Origin: Candidatus Saccharimonadota bacterium
Lineage (GTDB): Bacteria; Pseudomonadota; Gammaproteobacteria; Enterobacterales; Enterobacteriaceae_A
Direction of reading: 5' to 3'
NCBI GenBank assembly: GCA_030849285.1
Contig: CP102982.1
Location: forward strand, 120,001 to 152,000
DNA length: 32,000 nt
Made by a program: the position numbers and the translations under genes. Shown in pieces: positions 10,553 through 20,932 of the stretch. Numbering within the stretch: position 1 is the first letter of the stretch; every line of letters begins with the position of its first letter. The notes beneath the pieces are model-generated. The model was not told the origin of the DNA, searched no databases, and saw only the letters and a list, made by a program, of their open reading frames with translations.

Positions 10553-11575
10553 ATGTCAAGATTTTATATGGATTTATTAAAATCAAAAATTAAGAAAATA
10601 GAAAGATTAACCGATGTTAGTTCAAAGATAATTCTTGAACCTTTAGAGAAAGGATATGGACATACTTTTGGAAACGCAATTAGACGTGTTTTACTTTCAT
10701 CAATGCCAGGGTGTGCGGTTACAGAAATAGAAATTGAAGGTGTATTACATGAATATAGTGTTATAAAAGGAATTAGAGAAAATGTATTAAATATAATATT
10801 AAATTTAAAATCTTTAATAATAAATATTAAAGATAAAAATACAATTTATGTTAAAATTGTTAAAAATGGTCTTTGTAAATTAACTGGAAAGGATATAATG
10901 AATAATAATAAAGATGTTAAAATTTTTAATCCTAATCATGTTATTTGTAATTTAACTAGTGTAAAATCAAATATTAAATTAAGTTTAAAAATTGAAAGAG
11001 GAAGGGGGTATTTTCCTGCAAATATTAATAAGGGTAGTCAAAAGAAAATAGGATTAATTTCAATAGATGCTTATTTTAATCCTGTTAAATATGTTTCTTA
11101 TAGTGTTAAATCAATAGTTTATAAAGATAGAAATGATGTTGATAGTTTAACAATTATTATTGAAACAAATGGTGTAATTGATTCAAAAGTAGCATTTATA
11201 ACCTCTTCTACAATTTTAGCTGAACAATTTTCAGTTTTTATGGATTTAAATAGTATTATAAAACAAGAAATAAAATTAGAAAAACCTAAATTAAATCCAA
11301 TATTATTACGTAACGTTGAAGAATTAGAATTAACTGTTCGTTCTTCTAATTGTTTAAAATCTGAAGCTATACATTATATTGGAGATTTAGTACAATGTAC
11401 TGAAGTTGAACTTTTAAAAACACCAAATTTAGGTAAAAAATCTTTATCAGAAATTAAAGAAATATTAAATTCACATGGTTTATCTTTAGGTATGAGAATA
11501 GAAAATTGGCCTCCTTCTAAAAAATATAAGAGGAAAAAAAAAAAAAATCATAATTTTAAAAGGATTAAAAAATGA
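10553..11575 (+). CDS. rpoA: DNA-directed RNA polymerase subunit alpha
   Basis: [42 protein letters not shown] and the C-terminal-domain motif [13 protein letters not shown]...[29 protein letters not shown] match RpoA. In-frame A14 tract at 11534-11547. Confidence 0.98.
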   Translation: MSRFYMDLLKSKIKKIERLTDVSSKIILEPLEKGYGHTFGNAIRRVLLSSMPGCAVTEIEIEGVLHEYSVIKGIRENVLNIILNLKSLIINIKDKNTIYVKIVKNGLCKLTGKDIMNNNKDVKIFNPNHVICNLTSVKSNIKLSLKIERGRGYFPANINKGSQKKIGLISIDAYFNPVKYVSYSVKSIVYKDRNDVDSLTIIIETNGVIDSKVAFITSSTILAEQFSVFMDLNSIIKQEIKLEKPKLNPILLRNVEELELTVRSSNCLKSEAIHYIGDLVQCTEVELLKTPNLGKKSLSEIKEILNSHGLSLGMRIENWPPSKKYKRKKKKNHNFKRIKK

Positions 11576-11940
11576 GACATAGAAAAATTGGTAGATTATT
11601 TAATAGAAATAGTAGTCATAGAAAATTAATGATACGTAATATAATTTGTTCTTTAATAAAATATGAAATTATTAAAACAACTTTAACTAAGGCAAAAGAA
11701 ATAAGACGTTTTATAGAACCTATTATTACTAAATCAAAAATAGATATTATTAAAAATAGAAGATTAATATTTTCAAAAATAAGGGATAATAAACTTGTAA
11801 GTAAATTATTTAAAAAAATTGGACCTATTAATTTTAATAGATTAGGTGGTTATACTCGGATTTTTAAATGTGGTTTTCGTAAAGGTGATAACGCCCCTAT
11901 GGCATATATAGAATTAGTAAATAGAGAAAATATTAATTAA
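11572..11940 (+). CDS. rplQ: 50S ribosomal protein L17
   Basis: [20 protein letters not shown]... and [25 protein letters not shown] match L17. ATGA overlap with rpoA. Confidence 0.97.
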   Translation: MRHRKIGRLFNRNSSHRKLMIRNIICSLIKYEIIKTTLTKAKEIRRFIEPIITKSKIDIIKNRRLIFSKIRDNKLVSKLFKKIGPINFNRLGGYTRIFKCGFRKGDNAPMAYIELVNRENIN

Positions 11941-12030
11941 ATTTAATATTAAAATATAATATTAAAATAAAATATAATTTATAAATTTATTTAAATTATA
12001 TTTTAAATAATTAACATAAATTTAATTTTA

Positions 12031-12101
12031 TGTCCCCTAGGGGGGTTGAACCCCTGTTGCCACCGTGAAAGGGTGATGTCCTACCTCTAGACGAAGGGGA
12101 C
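12031..12101 (-). tRNA. tRNA-Glu (anticodon UUC)
   Basis: The reverse complement reads GTCCCCTTCGTCTAGAGGTAGGACATCACCCTTTCACGGTGGCAACAGGGGTTCAACCCCCCTAGGGGACA. It folds as a cloverleaf with acceptor GTCCCCT/AGGGGAC and anticodon loop CTTTCAC, and closely resembles E. coli tRNA-Glu. No 3' CCA is encoded. Confidence 0.95.
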
Positions 12102-12108
12102 TATATAA

Positions 12109-12134
12109 ATATATATATATATATATTATATATA
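12109..12134. repeat. (AT)n dinucleotide microsatellite next to the tRNA-Glu 5' end
   Basis: Direct reading: (AT)9 at 12109-12126, followed by TATATATA. Confidence 0.8.
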
Positions 12135-12216
12135 AAATGTAATATATAAATTAAAATAGTCAAGTAATAATTTTATTAGTTTTGATATTTAATAAATTTA
12201 AATTAAAGAGATAAAA

Positions 12217-12426
12217 ATGAAAAAAAATATTCATCCTGAATATAAAAAAGTTAGTTTTAAATGTTCTTGTGGTAATATAATTAAAATTTTTTCGACAATA
12301 TGTAAAAATATAAATTTAGATATTTGTAATAATTGTCATCCTTTTTATACTGGAACTCAACGTGATGAATCATATGGAGGTAGAATTAATATATTTAATA
12401 AACGTTTTAAAAATATTAATAAATAA
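12217..12426 (+). CDS. rpmE: 50S ribosomal protein L31
   Basis: [20 protein letters not shown]...C..CHPFYTG.QRD...GGRI..FNKRF aligns to E. coli L31. AAAGAG Shine-Dalgarno-like sequence upstream. Confidence 0.96.
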   Translation: MKKNIHPEYKKVSFKCSCGNIIKIFSTICKNINLDICNNCHPFYTGTQRDESYGGRINIFNKRFKNINK

Positions 12427-12467
12427 AAAATTATATTAAAAAATTTAAAATAATTATTTATTTTTAA

Positions 12468-12498
12468 TTCATGTAAGGTTTAAAAAACCTTACATGAA
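12468..12498 (+). terminator. Putative rho-independent terminator hairpin between convergent rpmE and hslU
   Basis: A 13-bp perfect stem, TTCATGTAAGGTT (12468-12480) pairing with AACCTTACATGAA (12486-12498), has a 5-nt loop and is followed by a T-rich tract (ATTTTGTTT). It is one of the few G/C-containing intergenic structures in the window. Confidence 0.6.
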
Positions 12499-12511
12499 AT
12501 TTTGTTTAATT

Positions 12512-13822
12512 TTATAAAATAAATTTATTTAAATCCTCTTTTAAAAATTGTTTTTTAAATTTATTCTTAACATATTTACTATCTATAATAATTTTCATAT
12601 TTTTCATTTTATCTGCATTATATGAAATTTCTTCTAATAAATATTCTAAAATAGTATGTAATCTTCTTGCTCCTATATTTTCCATTTTTTTATTAAACAT
12701 ATAAGCAATTTTTGCTATATTATAAATACTATATTTTGTAAATTCAATATTTAAACCTTCAGTAAGAATTAATTTTTTATATTGTTCAACTAATGAAAAT
12801 TTAGGTTCTATCAATATTTTTTTTAAATCTTCTATACTTAATGGATTTAATTCAATTTGTATTGGAAAACGTCCTTGAAATTCTGGCATTAAATCATAAG
12901 GTTTAGATGATTGAAAAGCTCCAGATGCTATAAATAAAATATTATCTGTATTAATATCCCCATATTTTGTTGAAATAGTACACCCTTCAATTAATGGTAA
13001 TAAATCACGTTGCACCCCTTCTCTTGATATTTCATAATTATTATGATTTTGTGATTTACAAATTTTATCTATTTCATCAATAAAAACAACTCCATTTTGC
13101 TCTACAGTATTAATAATTTCTTTATTAAAATTTTTTTTAAGTAATTTTAATATTTCTTCTCTTTTAATTATTTTTATAGCATTTTTAATTTTAATTTTTT
13201 TATTTTTTGTATTATATGAATTATGTAAAATTGATTGAATTTGATTTGTAATTTCTTCTATTTTTGTATTATTAATAAATTCAAATTCAATTTGTTTAAA
13301 TTTAAAATTAATTTTTATTTTTTTATTATTTAATTTACCATCATGTAATTTTTTAATTAATATTTTATATATTAAATTTATATTTTTAATTTTTTTTTTT
13401 GAAATAATATTTTTAATTAAAACATTAATAATACGCCTTTCTATTTTTTTTGAAATATTATCATTATTTTTACTAATAATTTTTTTTTTAATAATATTAA
13501 AAGCAACTTCAGCAATATCATGAATAATCGAATTAACTTCTTTACCTACGTATCCAACTTCAGTAAATTTTGTTGCTTCTACTTTAATAAAAGGAGAATC
13601 TGATATTTTAGCTAATCTACGTGCAATTTCTGTTTTACCAACTCCAGTTGGGCCAATCATAATTATATTTTTAGGTGTTATTTCTTTCATTAAAATTTTA
13701 TTAAGTTTCATTCTTCTCCAACGATTACGTAATGCTATTGCAACAGCTTTTTTAGCTTTTTTTTGTCCAATTATATATAAGTTTAATTTAGAAACAATTT
13801 TATTTGGTGTCATTTTTAACAT
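12512..13822 (-). CDS. hslU: ATP-dependent protease ATPase subunit HslU
   Basis: MTPNKIVS.L...IIGQ..AKKAVAIALRNRWRR and the Walker A motif IGPTGVGKTEIARRLA align to E. coli HslU. The middle I-domain is very low-complexity. Confidence 0.96.
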   Translation of the reverse strand: MLKMTPNKIVSKLNLYIIGQKKAKKAVAIALRNRWRRMKLNKILMKEITPKNIIMIGPTGVGKTEIARRLAKISDSPFIKVEATKFTEVGYVGKEVNSIIHDIAEVAFNIIKKKIISKNNDNISKKIERRIINVLIKNIISKKKIKNINLIYKILIKKLHDGKLNNKKIKINFKFKQIEFEFINNTKIEEITNQIQSILHNSYNTKNKKIKIKNAIKIIKREEILKLLKKNFNKEIINTVEQNGVVFIDEIDKICKSQNHNNYEISREGVQRDLLPLIEGCTISTKYGDINTDNILFIASGAFQSSKPYDLMPEFQGRFPIQIELNPLSIEDLKKILIEPKFSLVEQYKKLILTEGLNIEFTKYSIYNIAKIAYMFNKKMENIGARRLHTILEYLLEEISYNADKMKNMKIIIDSKYVKNKFKKQFLKEDLNKFIL

Positions 13823-13835
13823 AATTTATTTCCTT

Positions 13836-14357
13836 TTAATTTAATTCTTTAATTATTAGATTTTTATTTGTATATATACAAATATCACTAGCAATTTTTA
13901 ATGATTTTTCTACAATTATACGTGCATTAAATTTTGTATTTTCAATTAATACACGTGCAGCTGCTAATGCGTATGTACCTCCTGAACCAATACCTATTAA
14001 ATCATATTCAGGTTTAATAATATCACCATAACCAGTTATAATTAATGAATTTTTTTTATCTACTACAGCTAAAAATGTTTCTAATTTTCTTAATATTTTA
14101 TCATTTCTCCAATCTTTTGCAAGTTCTACTGCTGCTTTAATTAATTTTCCATCATTAATTTCTAATTTTTTTTCAAAAATTTCAAATAATTTAAATGAAT
14201 CTGATGTACTTCCAGCAAAGCCAGCAATTATTTTATTATTATACATATATTTTACTTTTTTACAATTTTTTTTAATTATTATATTACCTAACGTTGCTTG
14301 TCCATCACCACCCATTACTGTTTTACCATTTCTACGTACACTTAAAATAGTTGTCAT
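13836..14357 (-). CDS. hslV: ATP-dependent protease subunit HslV
   Basis: [25 protein letters not shown]... and DICIYTN align to E. coli HslV, including the N-terminal catalytic Thr after Met. Confidence 0.97.
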   Translation of the reverse strand: MTTILSVRRNGKTVMGGDGQATLGNIIIKKNCKKVKYMYNNKIIAGFAGSTSDSFKLFEIFEKKLEINDGKLIKAAVELAKDWRNDKILRKLETFLAVVDKKNSLIITGYGDIIKPEYDLIGIGSGGTYALAAARVLIENTKFNARIIVEKSLKIASDICIYTNKNLIIKELN

Positions 14358-14389
14358 TTTAAATCCTTTAATTTTATTAATAATATATT

Positions 14390-16369
14390 TTATTTAAATA
14401 TTGAAATATCAATAATTTTTAAAAATATATTTTTTATTTTATTTAATATAGTTAAACGATTAATACATATTTTATTATTTTTATTTATTATTATAATTTT
14501 ATTAAAAAAAATAATAATATATTTATTAATATTTATAAATTCAATAAAAATATTTTTATATTTTTTTTTAAAAATTAATTTATTTATTTTTTTGTTTAAT
14601 AAAATTATTTTTTTAAATAATTTAATTTCATATTTTTTTTTTAATAACGATATTTTTATTTTTTTATAAATAATATTATTATATTTATATAAAATATTTT
14701 TAATTCTTTTATTTGAATTTATTAAATTGTAAGAATTTTTAATATTTAAAAAAAACTTAATTGATTTTAAATAATTATAAAAATTTAAAATATTTATAAA
14801 TTTATATTTATTTATAGATTTAATAATTTCTTCAGAATAACCCTTTTTAATATATAAAAAATAAAATCTTTTAAATATAAAATTAATAATATCATTTATT
14901 ACATTATTATTTTTTATTTTATTCCCATATAATAAAATAGATTTTATAATAATATTTTTTAAATTTAATTTTATTTTTTCATTAATTATTGTATTTAAAA
15001 TATATAATGTATTACGACGTATTTCAAATGGATCTCTTTTACTTTTAGATATATAACCTATTCCAAAAATACCAACTAAAAAATCTATTTTATTAGAAAT
15101 TAATAATAATGATGATAATATTTTTTTTTTTTTTATTATATTATTATTTAAAAAATTAATATTAATTTTTTTATTTAAAGAAATAGAAATATTTTCTGAT
15201 TCTTTATAATAATGTGAATAATACATTCCCATTATTCCTTTAAGTTTTGGAAATTTAATTACTACATTTTTAATTAAATCACATTTTGAAATTAAATTTA
15301 AACGTATAGAATAATTAATATTAAATTTATTTATATTTGATAATAAAATAGATATAATTATAATTCTAAAAATTTTTTCATATAATGTACCCATTTTTTT
15401 TTGTAAAATTATTTTTTTTAATTCATTTAAATTATTTTCTAAAGATTTTTTACAATCTTTTTTAAAAAAAATACTAATATTATTTAAACGATAATTTAAT
15501 AATTTTTCATTATCATTAATAATTATATTAGAATTTATTGATTTAATATTTAATATTAAAACAAATTTAGATAATATTTTTTTTTTATTATAAATTGGTA
15601 ATATTTTTTGATATTTTTTCATAATATAAATAATAGGTTCTATAGGATATTTTAAAAATTTTTTTTTAAAATTTCCTATTAAAATTACTGGCCATTCTAC
15701 TAATGATGTTAATTCATTTAAAAATTTTATATCTAAATCAGTAATACCTATTTTATTAATTATTTTAAAAATTATTTTTTTAATAATTAAAAATTTTCTA
15801 ATATTATAATCTGCTATAACTTTACATTTTGAAAATAAAATATTTGGATAATTATTAGCATTTTTGATAATTATTTTTTTAATACCCATAAAATGATGAC
15901 CATATATTTTTCTTGTTGATTTTATTCCTAAAATTGAAGTTGGAATTGAAATTAATTTATTATTTAATAAAATAATAATATTACGAATTGGACGTATAAA
16001 AAATATTTTTTTATTATTCCATCTCATTTTTTTAAATTTATTTAATTTATTTAATGAATTATTTATTACCTTAATTATTTTTTTTTTAAATAATTTAAAA
16101 TTTATATTATATTTTTTTTTATTATTTGAATTAATATATAAATTATTATTATTATATTTTTTTATTTTTTTTAATTTTAATATACTTAAATTATATATTT
16201 TAATTGCTAAACGTCGTGATGTTGCAAACCAATTAATTTTAATATAATTAATTTTATATTTTTTTAATTCAATAATAAAATTATATAATAATGATTTTGC
16301 AATTAAAATAAGTGATTTATGTGGTAAATCTTCTGTACCAATTTCTAATAAAAAATTTAATTTTGTCAT
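14390..16369 (-). CDS. glyS: Glycine--tRNA ligase beta subunit (highly diverged)
   Basis: 659-aa intact ORF immediately downstream of glyQ. The N-terminus [10 protein letters not shown] and FATSRRLA match GlyS; the rest is strongly K/N/I-biased. Confidence 0.85.
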   Translation of the reverse strand: MTKLNFLLEIGTEDLPHKSLILIAKSLLYNFIIELKKYKINYIKINWFATSRRLAIKIYNLSILKLKKIKKYNNNNLYINSNNKKKYNINFKLFKKKIIKVINNSLNKLNKFKKMRWNNKKIFFIRPIRNIIILLNNKLISIPTSILGIKSTRKIYGHHFMGIKKIIIKNANNYPNILFSKCKVIADYNIRKFLIIKKIIFKIINKIGITDLDIKFLNELTSLVEWPVILIGNFKKKFLKYPIEPIIYIMKKYQKILPIYNKKKILSKFVLILNIKSINSNIIINDNEKLLNYRLNNISIFFKKDCKKSLENNLNELKKIILQKKMGTLYEKIFRIIIISILLSNINKFNINYSIRLNLISKCDLIKNVVIKFPKLKGIMGMYYSHYYKESENISISLNKKININFLNNNIIKKKKILSSLLLISNKIDFLVGIFGIGYISKSKRDPFEIRRNTLYILNTIINEKIKLNLKNIIIKSILLYGNKIKNNNVINDIINFIFKRFYFLYIKKGYSEEIIKSINKYKFINILNFYNYLKSIKFFLNIKNSYNLINSNKRIKNILYKYNNIIYKKIKISLLKKKYEIKLFKKIILLNKKINKLIFKKKYKNIFIEFININKYIIIFFNKIIIINKNNKICINRLTILNKIKNIFLKIIDISIFK

Positions 16370-16398
16370 ATTTTTAAATTTTTATAAATATTATATAA

Positions 16399-17271
16399 TT
16401 ATTTTAAATAAAATTTGCTATAAATTTTAGCTATTTTTTTACTTAAAGTTCTTATAGCAAGAATATATCTTTGTCTTTCTATTGGTGATATTGCTTTTCT
16501 TGCGTCTAAAATATTGAATATATGAATAGATTTTAAAATATATTCATAAGCAGGTATTGGAAGAGGTTTTTTTAATTTTAATAATTTAATTGTTTCTAAT
16601 TTATATTCTTTAAAACAATTTAAAAGACAATTAATATTAGCATATTTAAAATTATATTTAGAATATTCTAATTCATTATTATAAAACATTTCACCGTAAG
16701 TTATATTTTTAAATTTGTTTTTACTCCAAATAATATCATATATATTATATATTTTTTGTATATACATTGCAATTCTTTCTAAACCATAAGTAATTTCAAC
16801 AGTTATAGGATAACATTCTAATCCCCCCATTTGTTGAAAATATGTTATTTGAGTTATTTCTAAACCATTTAACCATACCTCCCATCCTAAACCTGAAGCA
16901 CCTAAAGTTGGGTTTTCCCAATTATCTTCAATAAAACGTATATCATATTTTTTTATATTTAATCCTAAAATATTTAATGATTTTAAATATAATTCTTGTA
17001 TATTATTTGGAGGAGGTTTAATAATTACTTGTAATTGAAAATATCTTTGTAAACTATAAGTATTTATGTTATAATATCCATCAGTAGGTCTACGTGATGG
17101 TTGTATATAAACAGCAGATATTGGTTTTGAACCAAGTGAATTAAAAAAAGTCATTGGATGAGTTGTTGCGGCCCCAACTTCTAATTCTAATGGTTGAATA
17201 ATAATACATCCTTTTTTATACCAATAATTTTTTAATATTTTTATTATATTTTGAAATGTTTTTTTTTTCAT
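16399..17271 (-). CDS. glyQ: Glycine--tRNA ligase alpha subunit
   Basis: [63 protein letters not shown] and ITYGLER.AMYIQ are near-identical to E. coli GlyQ. Confidence 0.98.
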   Translation of the reverse strand: MKKKTFQNIIKILKNYWYKKGCIIIQPLELEVGAATTHPMTFFNSLGSKPISAVYIQPSRRPTDGYYNINTYSLQRYFQLQVIIKPPPNNIQELYLKSLNILGLNIKKYDIRFIEDNWENPTLGASGLGWEVWLNGLEITQITYFQQMGGLECYPITVEITYGLERIAMYIQKIYNIYDIIWSKNKFKNITYGEMFYNNELEYSKYNFKYANINCLLNCFKEYKLETIKLLKLKKPLPIPAYEYILKSIHIFNILDARKAISPIERQRYILAIRTLSKKIAKIYSKFYLK

Positions 17272-17354
17272 TTTAATTTAAATTTTTAATTTATAAATTA
17301 TGTAAATATTAAATTAATTTAAATAATTTATTAATAATTTTTTATATAAACACT

Positions 17355-18269
17355 TTGAAAAAATATAAACATATACCAGTATTATTAAAAGAATCAATAG
17401 AGAGTTTAAATATAAAAAGTGATGGTATTTATATTGATTCAACATTTGGTTGTGGCGGACATTCTAAAATAATTTTATCTAAATTAGATAAAAATGGAAA
17501 ACTATTTTCATTAGATAAAGATCCAGAGGTTATAAATATTGCAAATAAAATAACAGATCCTCGTTTTAAATTTTTAAATATTAATTTTTCTGATTTATAT
17601 AAAATTAATTTAAAAGGTAAAGTTAATGGTATTTTATTTGATTTAGGCTTATCCTCTATTCAATTAGATAATCCTAATCGTGGTTTTTCTTTTATTAACG
17701 ATGGTCCGTTAGATATGCGTATGAATCAAAAAAATGGAAAAAATGCATTTAATTGGATTAAAAAATCTAATTTTAAAGAATTATATTTTGTATTTAAAAA
17801 ATTTGGTGAAGAAAATTTTTCTAAACGTATAGCTAGAGCTATTTATAAATATAATAAAATTAAAATAATTACTAGAACAAAAGAGTTATCTAATTTAATA
17901 AAATTAAATTATAATAATTCATATAATAATAAAATACATCCAGCAACTCGTATTTTTCAAGCAATTCGTATTCATATTAATAATGAAATTGAAGAAATAA
18001 AATATGGTTTAAAATATGCTTTAAAATTACTTTCAACTAAAGGTAGATTATCTATTATCAGTTTTCACTCTTTAGAAGATAGAATTGTTAAAAATTTTAT
18101 AAAATTAAATACTATTAATTATAAATATAATTTAAATTCTTATATTAAATATAAAAAAAAAAAATTAAATAAACTTATATCATTAGGTAAAATTAAACCT
18201 TCATTACTTGAAATTAAAAAAAATTATAGAGCTAGAAGTGCAATTTTAAGAGTAGCAGAAAAAATATAA
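17355..18269 (+). CDS. rsmH: 16S rRNA (cytosine1402-N4)-methyltransferase RsmH (MraW)
   Basis: TTG start. YKHIPVLLKESIESLNIKSDGIYIDSTFGCGGHS, DLGLSS.QLD...RGFSF...GPLDMRM and SFHSLEDRIVK are RsmH motifs. Confidence 0.95.
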   Translation: MKKYKHIPVLLKESIESLNIKSDGIYIDSTFGCGGHSKIILSKLDKNGKLFSLDKDPEVINIANKITDPRFKFLNINFSDLYKINLKGKVNGILFDLGLSSIQLDNPNRGFSFINDGPLDMRMNQKNGKNAFNWIKKSNFKELYFVFKKFGEENFSKRIARAIYKYNKIKIITRTKELSNLIKLNYNNSYNNKIHPATRIFQAIRIHINNEIEEIKYGLKYALKLLSTKGRLSIISFHSLEDRIVKNFIKLNTINYKYNLNSYIKYKKKKLNKLISLGKIKPSLLEIKKNYRARSAILRVAEKI

Positions 18270-18426
18270 ATATAATAAAATTATATTATTTTAAAATTTT
18301 TAAATAAATAATAATTATTTAATATTAATTTTAAAAATTATTATAATTTTAATTTATTTTAATATAATATATATATTTTATATAATAAATATAAAATTTA
18401 AATTTAATATTATTAATTTTTAAAAT

Positions 18427-20913
18427 ATGATATATAAATTAATCAAAAAAATATTTGATAATAAAAATCATGAATTAAAAAAAAATTACAAAATTATAAA
18501 AAAAATAAATGATTTAGAACCATATATAAAAAATTTATCAAATAAAAAAATTAAAAATTATACTAATAAATTTAAAAATAGATTAAAAATGGGTGAAACT
18601 TTAGAAAGTATATTACCTGAAGCTTTTTCAATTGTTCGTGAAATAAGTAAAAGAATATTTGGTATGCGTCATTTTAATGTTCAATTATTAGGTGGAATCA
18701 TACTTAATAATAGATGTATTGCTGAAATGAAAACTGGTGAAGGTAAAACTTTAACATCAACTTTACCTATTTATTTAAATGCTTTAAAAAAAAAAGGAGT
18801 TCATGTAATAACTGTAAATGATTATTTAGTAAAAAGAGATTTTGAAAATAGTAAATATTTATTTAAATTTTTAGGTTTAAAAGTTGGAATAAATTTACCT
18901 GAAATGTCTATAATTGAAAAAAAAAAGGCATATTTAGCAGATATTACATACGGAACTAATAATGAGTTTTGTTTTGATTATTTACGTGATAATATGATAT
19001 ATAAAAAAGAACAAAGAGTACAAAGATTATTAAATTACGCTTTAATTGATGAAGTTGATTCAATATTAATAGATGAATCTAGAACACCTTTAATAATATC
19101 AACTAATTATAAAAATATATCTAATATATATATAAAAATTAATAAAATTGTATCTATTTTAGTTAAACAAAAAAAACATAATTTAAATAAAAATGAAAAT
19201 TTTAATATTGATATTAAAAATAAACAAATATATTTAACAGAAAACGGTTTAAAATTAATTGAAAAAATTCTTGTTAAAAATAATTTAATTAAAAATAATA
19301 ATTCACTTTATTCTTCAAATAATATTTATTTATTATATTATATTAATAATGCATTATGTGCTCATTTTCTATTTAATCGTAATGTTGATTATATATTAGA
19401 AAAAAAAAAAATTAAAATTATTGATGAATATACTGGAAGAATTATGAATAATAGAATATGGTCAGATGGTTTACATCAAGCTATAGAAGCAAAAGAAAAT
19501 TTAAATATAAATAATGAAAATCAAACTTTATCATCTATTACATTTCAAAAATATTTTCTTTTATATAATAAAATATCAGGTATGACTGGTACAGCGTATT
19601 CTGAATTTAATGAATTTAAAGAAATATATAATTTAGAAACTATTATAGTACCTACAAATTGCAAAAATATTAGAAAAGATTTATCAGATAAAATTTATAT
19701 ATCAGAAAAGGAAAAATTTAATGCTATTATAAAAGAAATTAAAAAATTTAAATTAAATAGAAGACCATTATTAATAGGAACTGTATCTATTGAAAAATCT
19801 GAAAATTTATCAAAAAAATTAAATAAATTAAATATTAAACATACAGTTTTAAATGCTAAATTTCATTTATTAGAATCTAATATTATTTCTAAAGCTGGTA
19901 AAATGGGATCAATTACTATTGCTACAAATATAGCTGGTAGAGGTACTGATATTATTTTAGGAGGTAATTATAAAATTAATAATATTTATAATAAAAAAAA
20001 TATTTTAAAAAATAAAGAAAAACAAAAAATATGGAAAAAAAATCATGATATTATATCTAAAATTGGTGGATTACATATTATAGGTTCTGAAAGACATGAA
20101 TCTAGACGTATTGATAATCAATTAATAGGTAGAGCAGGAAGACAAGGTGATCCTGGATCAACAAGGTTTTATTTATCTTTAGAAGATGTAATATTTAAAA
20201 TATTTACTTCATATAATATTTATAAAATAATAAATAAATTAAATTTAAAATCAAATGAAATAATTGAAAATAAATTTATAACAAAATTAATTAAAAGTAT
20301 TCAAAAAAAAATTGAAATTAGAAATTTTGAAATTCGTAAACAATTAATAAAATATGATAATATTATTAATAATATGAGAAATATTTTTTATAATAAAAGA
20401 AATAAAATATTAAATACTTTTAAAATAAAAAAAATAATTTGTAATATTAGAAAATATATAATTAAATCTATAATTAAACAAAATTTTAATAAAATATTTT
20501 TCATTAAAAAAATAAATTATATAAATTTAGAAAATTTTTTAAAAAAAGAATTTTGTTTAAATTTTTATATATCTAAATTATTTAATAATAATAAAATAAT
20601 TAAAAAAATATTATTTAAATATATTTTATTAGTTTTTAAACTTAATTATTTTAAAAAAGAAAAATTTATTGGTAATAAAAATATTAGAAATATAGAAAAA
20701 TATATAATGTTAAAAATGTTAGATTTATTTTGGAAAAATTATTTATGTTTAATAAATCAATTAAGAAGAAGTATATATCTTTATATTTATATTCAAAAAA
20801 ATCCTGAATATGAATATAAACGTGAATCATTTTATATTTTTTGTAATATGTTAGAATTATTCAAATATGAAATAATTTATATAATTACTACAATTCAATT
20901 TTATAAATTATAA
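18427..20913 (+). CDS. secA: Protein translocase ATPase SecA (C-terminally shortened)
   Basis: FGMRHFNVQLLGG..LN.RCIAEMKTGEGKTLT.TLP.YLNAL..KGVHV.TVNDYL, DEVDSILIDE.RTPLIIS, TNIAGRGTDI.LGG and RRIDNQL.GRAGRQGDPGS.RFYLSLED match SecA. 828 aa (E. coli 901 aa, from memory). Confidence 0.97.
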   Translation: MIYKLIKKIFDNKNHELKKNYKIIKKINDLEPYIKNLSNKKIKNYTNKFKNRLKMGETLESILPEAFSIVREISKRIFGMRHFNVQLLGGIILNNRCIAEMKTGEGKTLTSTLPIYLNALKKKGVHVITVNDYLVKRDFENSKYLFKFLGLKVGINLPEMSIIEKKKAYLADITYGTNNEFCFDYLRDNMIYKKEQRVQRLLNYALIDEVDSILIDESRTPLIISTNYKNISNIYIKINKIVSILVKQKKHNLNKNENFNIDIKNKQIYLTENGLKLIEKILVKNNLIKNNNSLYSSNNIYLLYYINNALCAHFLFNRNVDYILEKKKIKIIDEYTGRIMNNRIWSDGLHQAIEAKENLNINNENQTLSSITFQKYFLLYNKISGMTGTAYSEFNEFKEIYNLETIIVPTNCKNIRKDLSDKIYISEKEKFNAIIKEIKKFKLNRRPLLIGTVSIEKSENLSKKLNKLNIKHTVLNAKFHLLESNIISKAGKMGSITIATNIAGRGTDIILGGNYKINNIYNKKNILKNKEKQKIWKKNHDIISKIGGLHIIGSERHESRRIDNQLIGRAGRQGDPGSTRFYLSLEDVIFKIFTSYNIYKIINKLNLKSNEIIENKFITKLIKSIQKKIEIRNFEIRKQLIKYDNIINNMRNIFYNKRNKILNTFKIKKIICNIRKYIIKSIIKQNFNKIFFIKKINYINLENFLKKEFCLNFYISKLFNNNKIIKKILFKYILLVFKLNYFKKEKFIGNKNIRNIEKYIMLKMLDLFWKNYLCLINQLRRSIYLYIYIQKNPEYEYKRESFYIFCNMLELFKYEIIYIITTIQFYKL

Positions 20914-20932
20914 ATATTAAAATTATTTTAAA

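Noticed and set aside
11970-12003. An 11-bp inverted repeat (AAATATAATTT ... AAATTATATTT) after rplQ could be a terminator
   Set aside because: The stem is all A/T with a 12-nt loop. Such matches are expected by chance at this base composition, so a call is not supportable.
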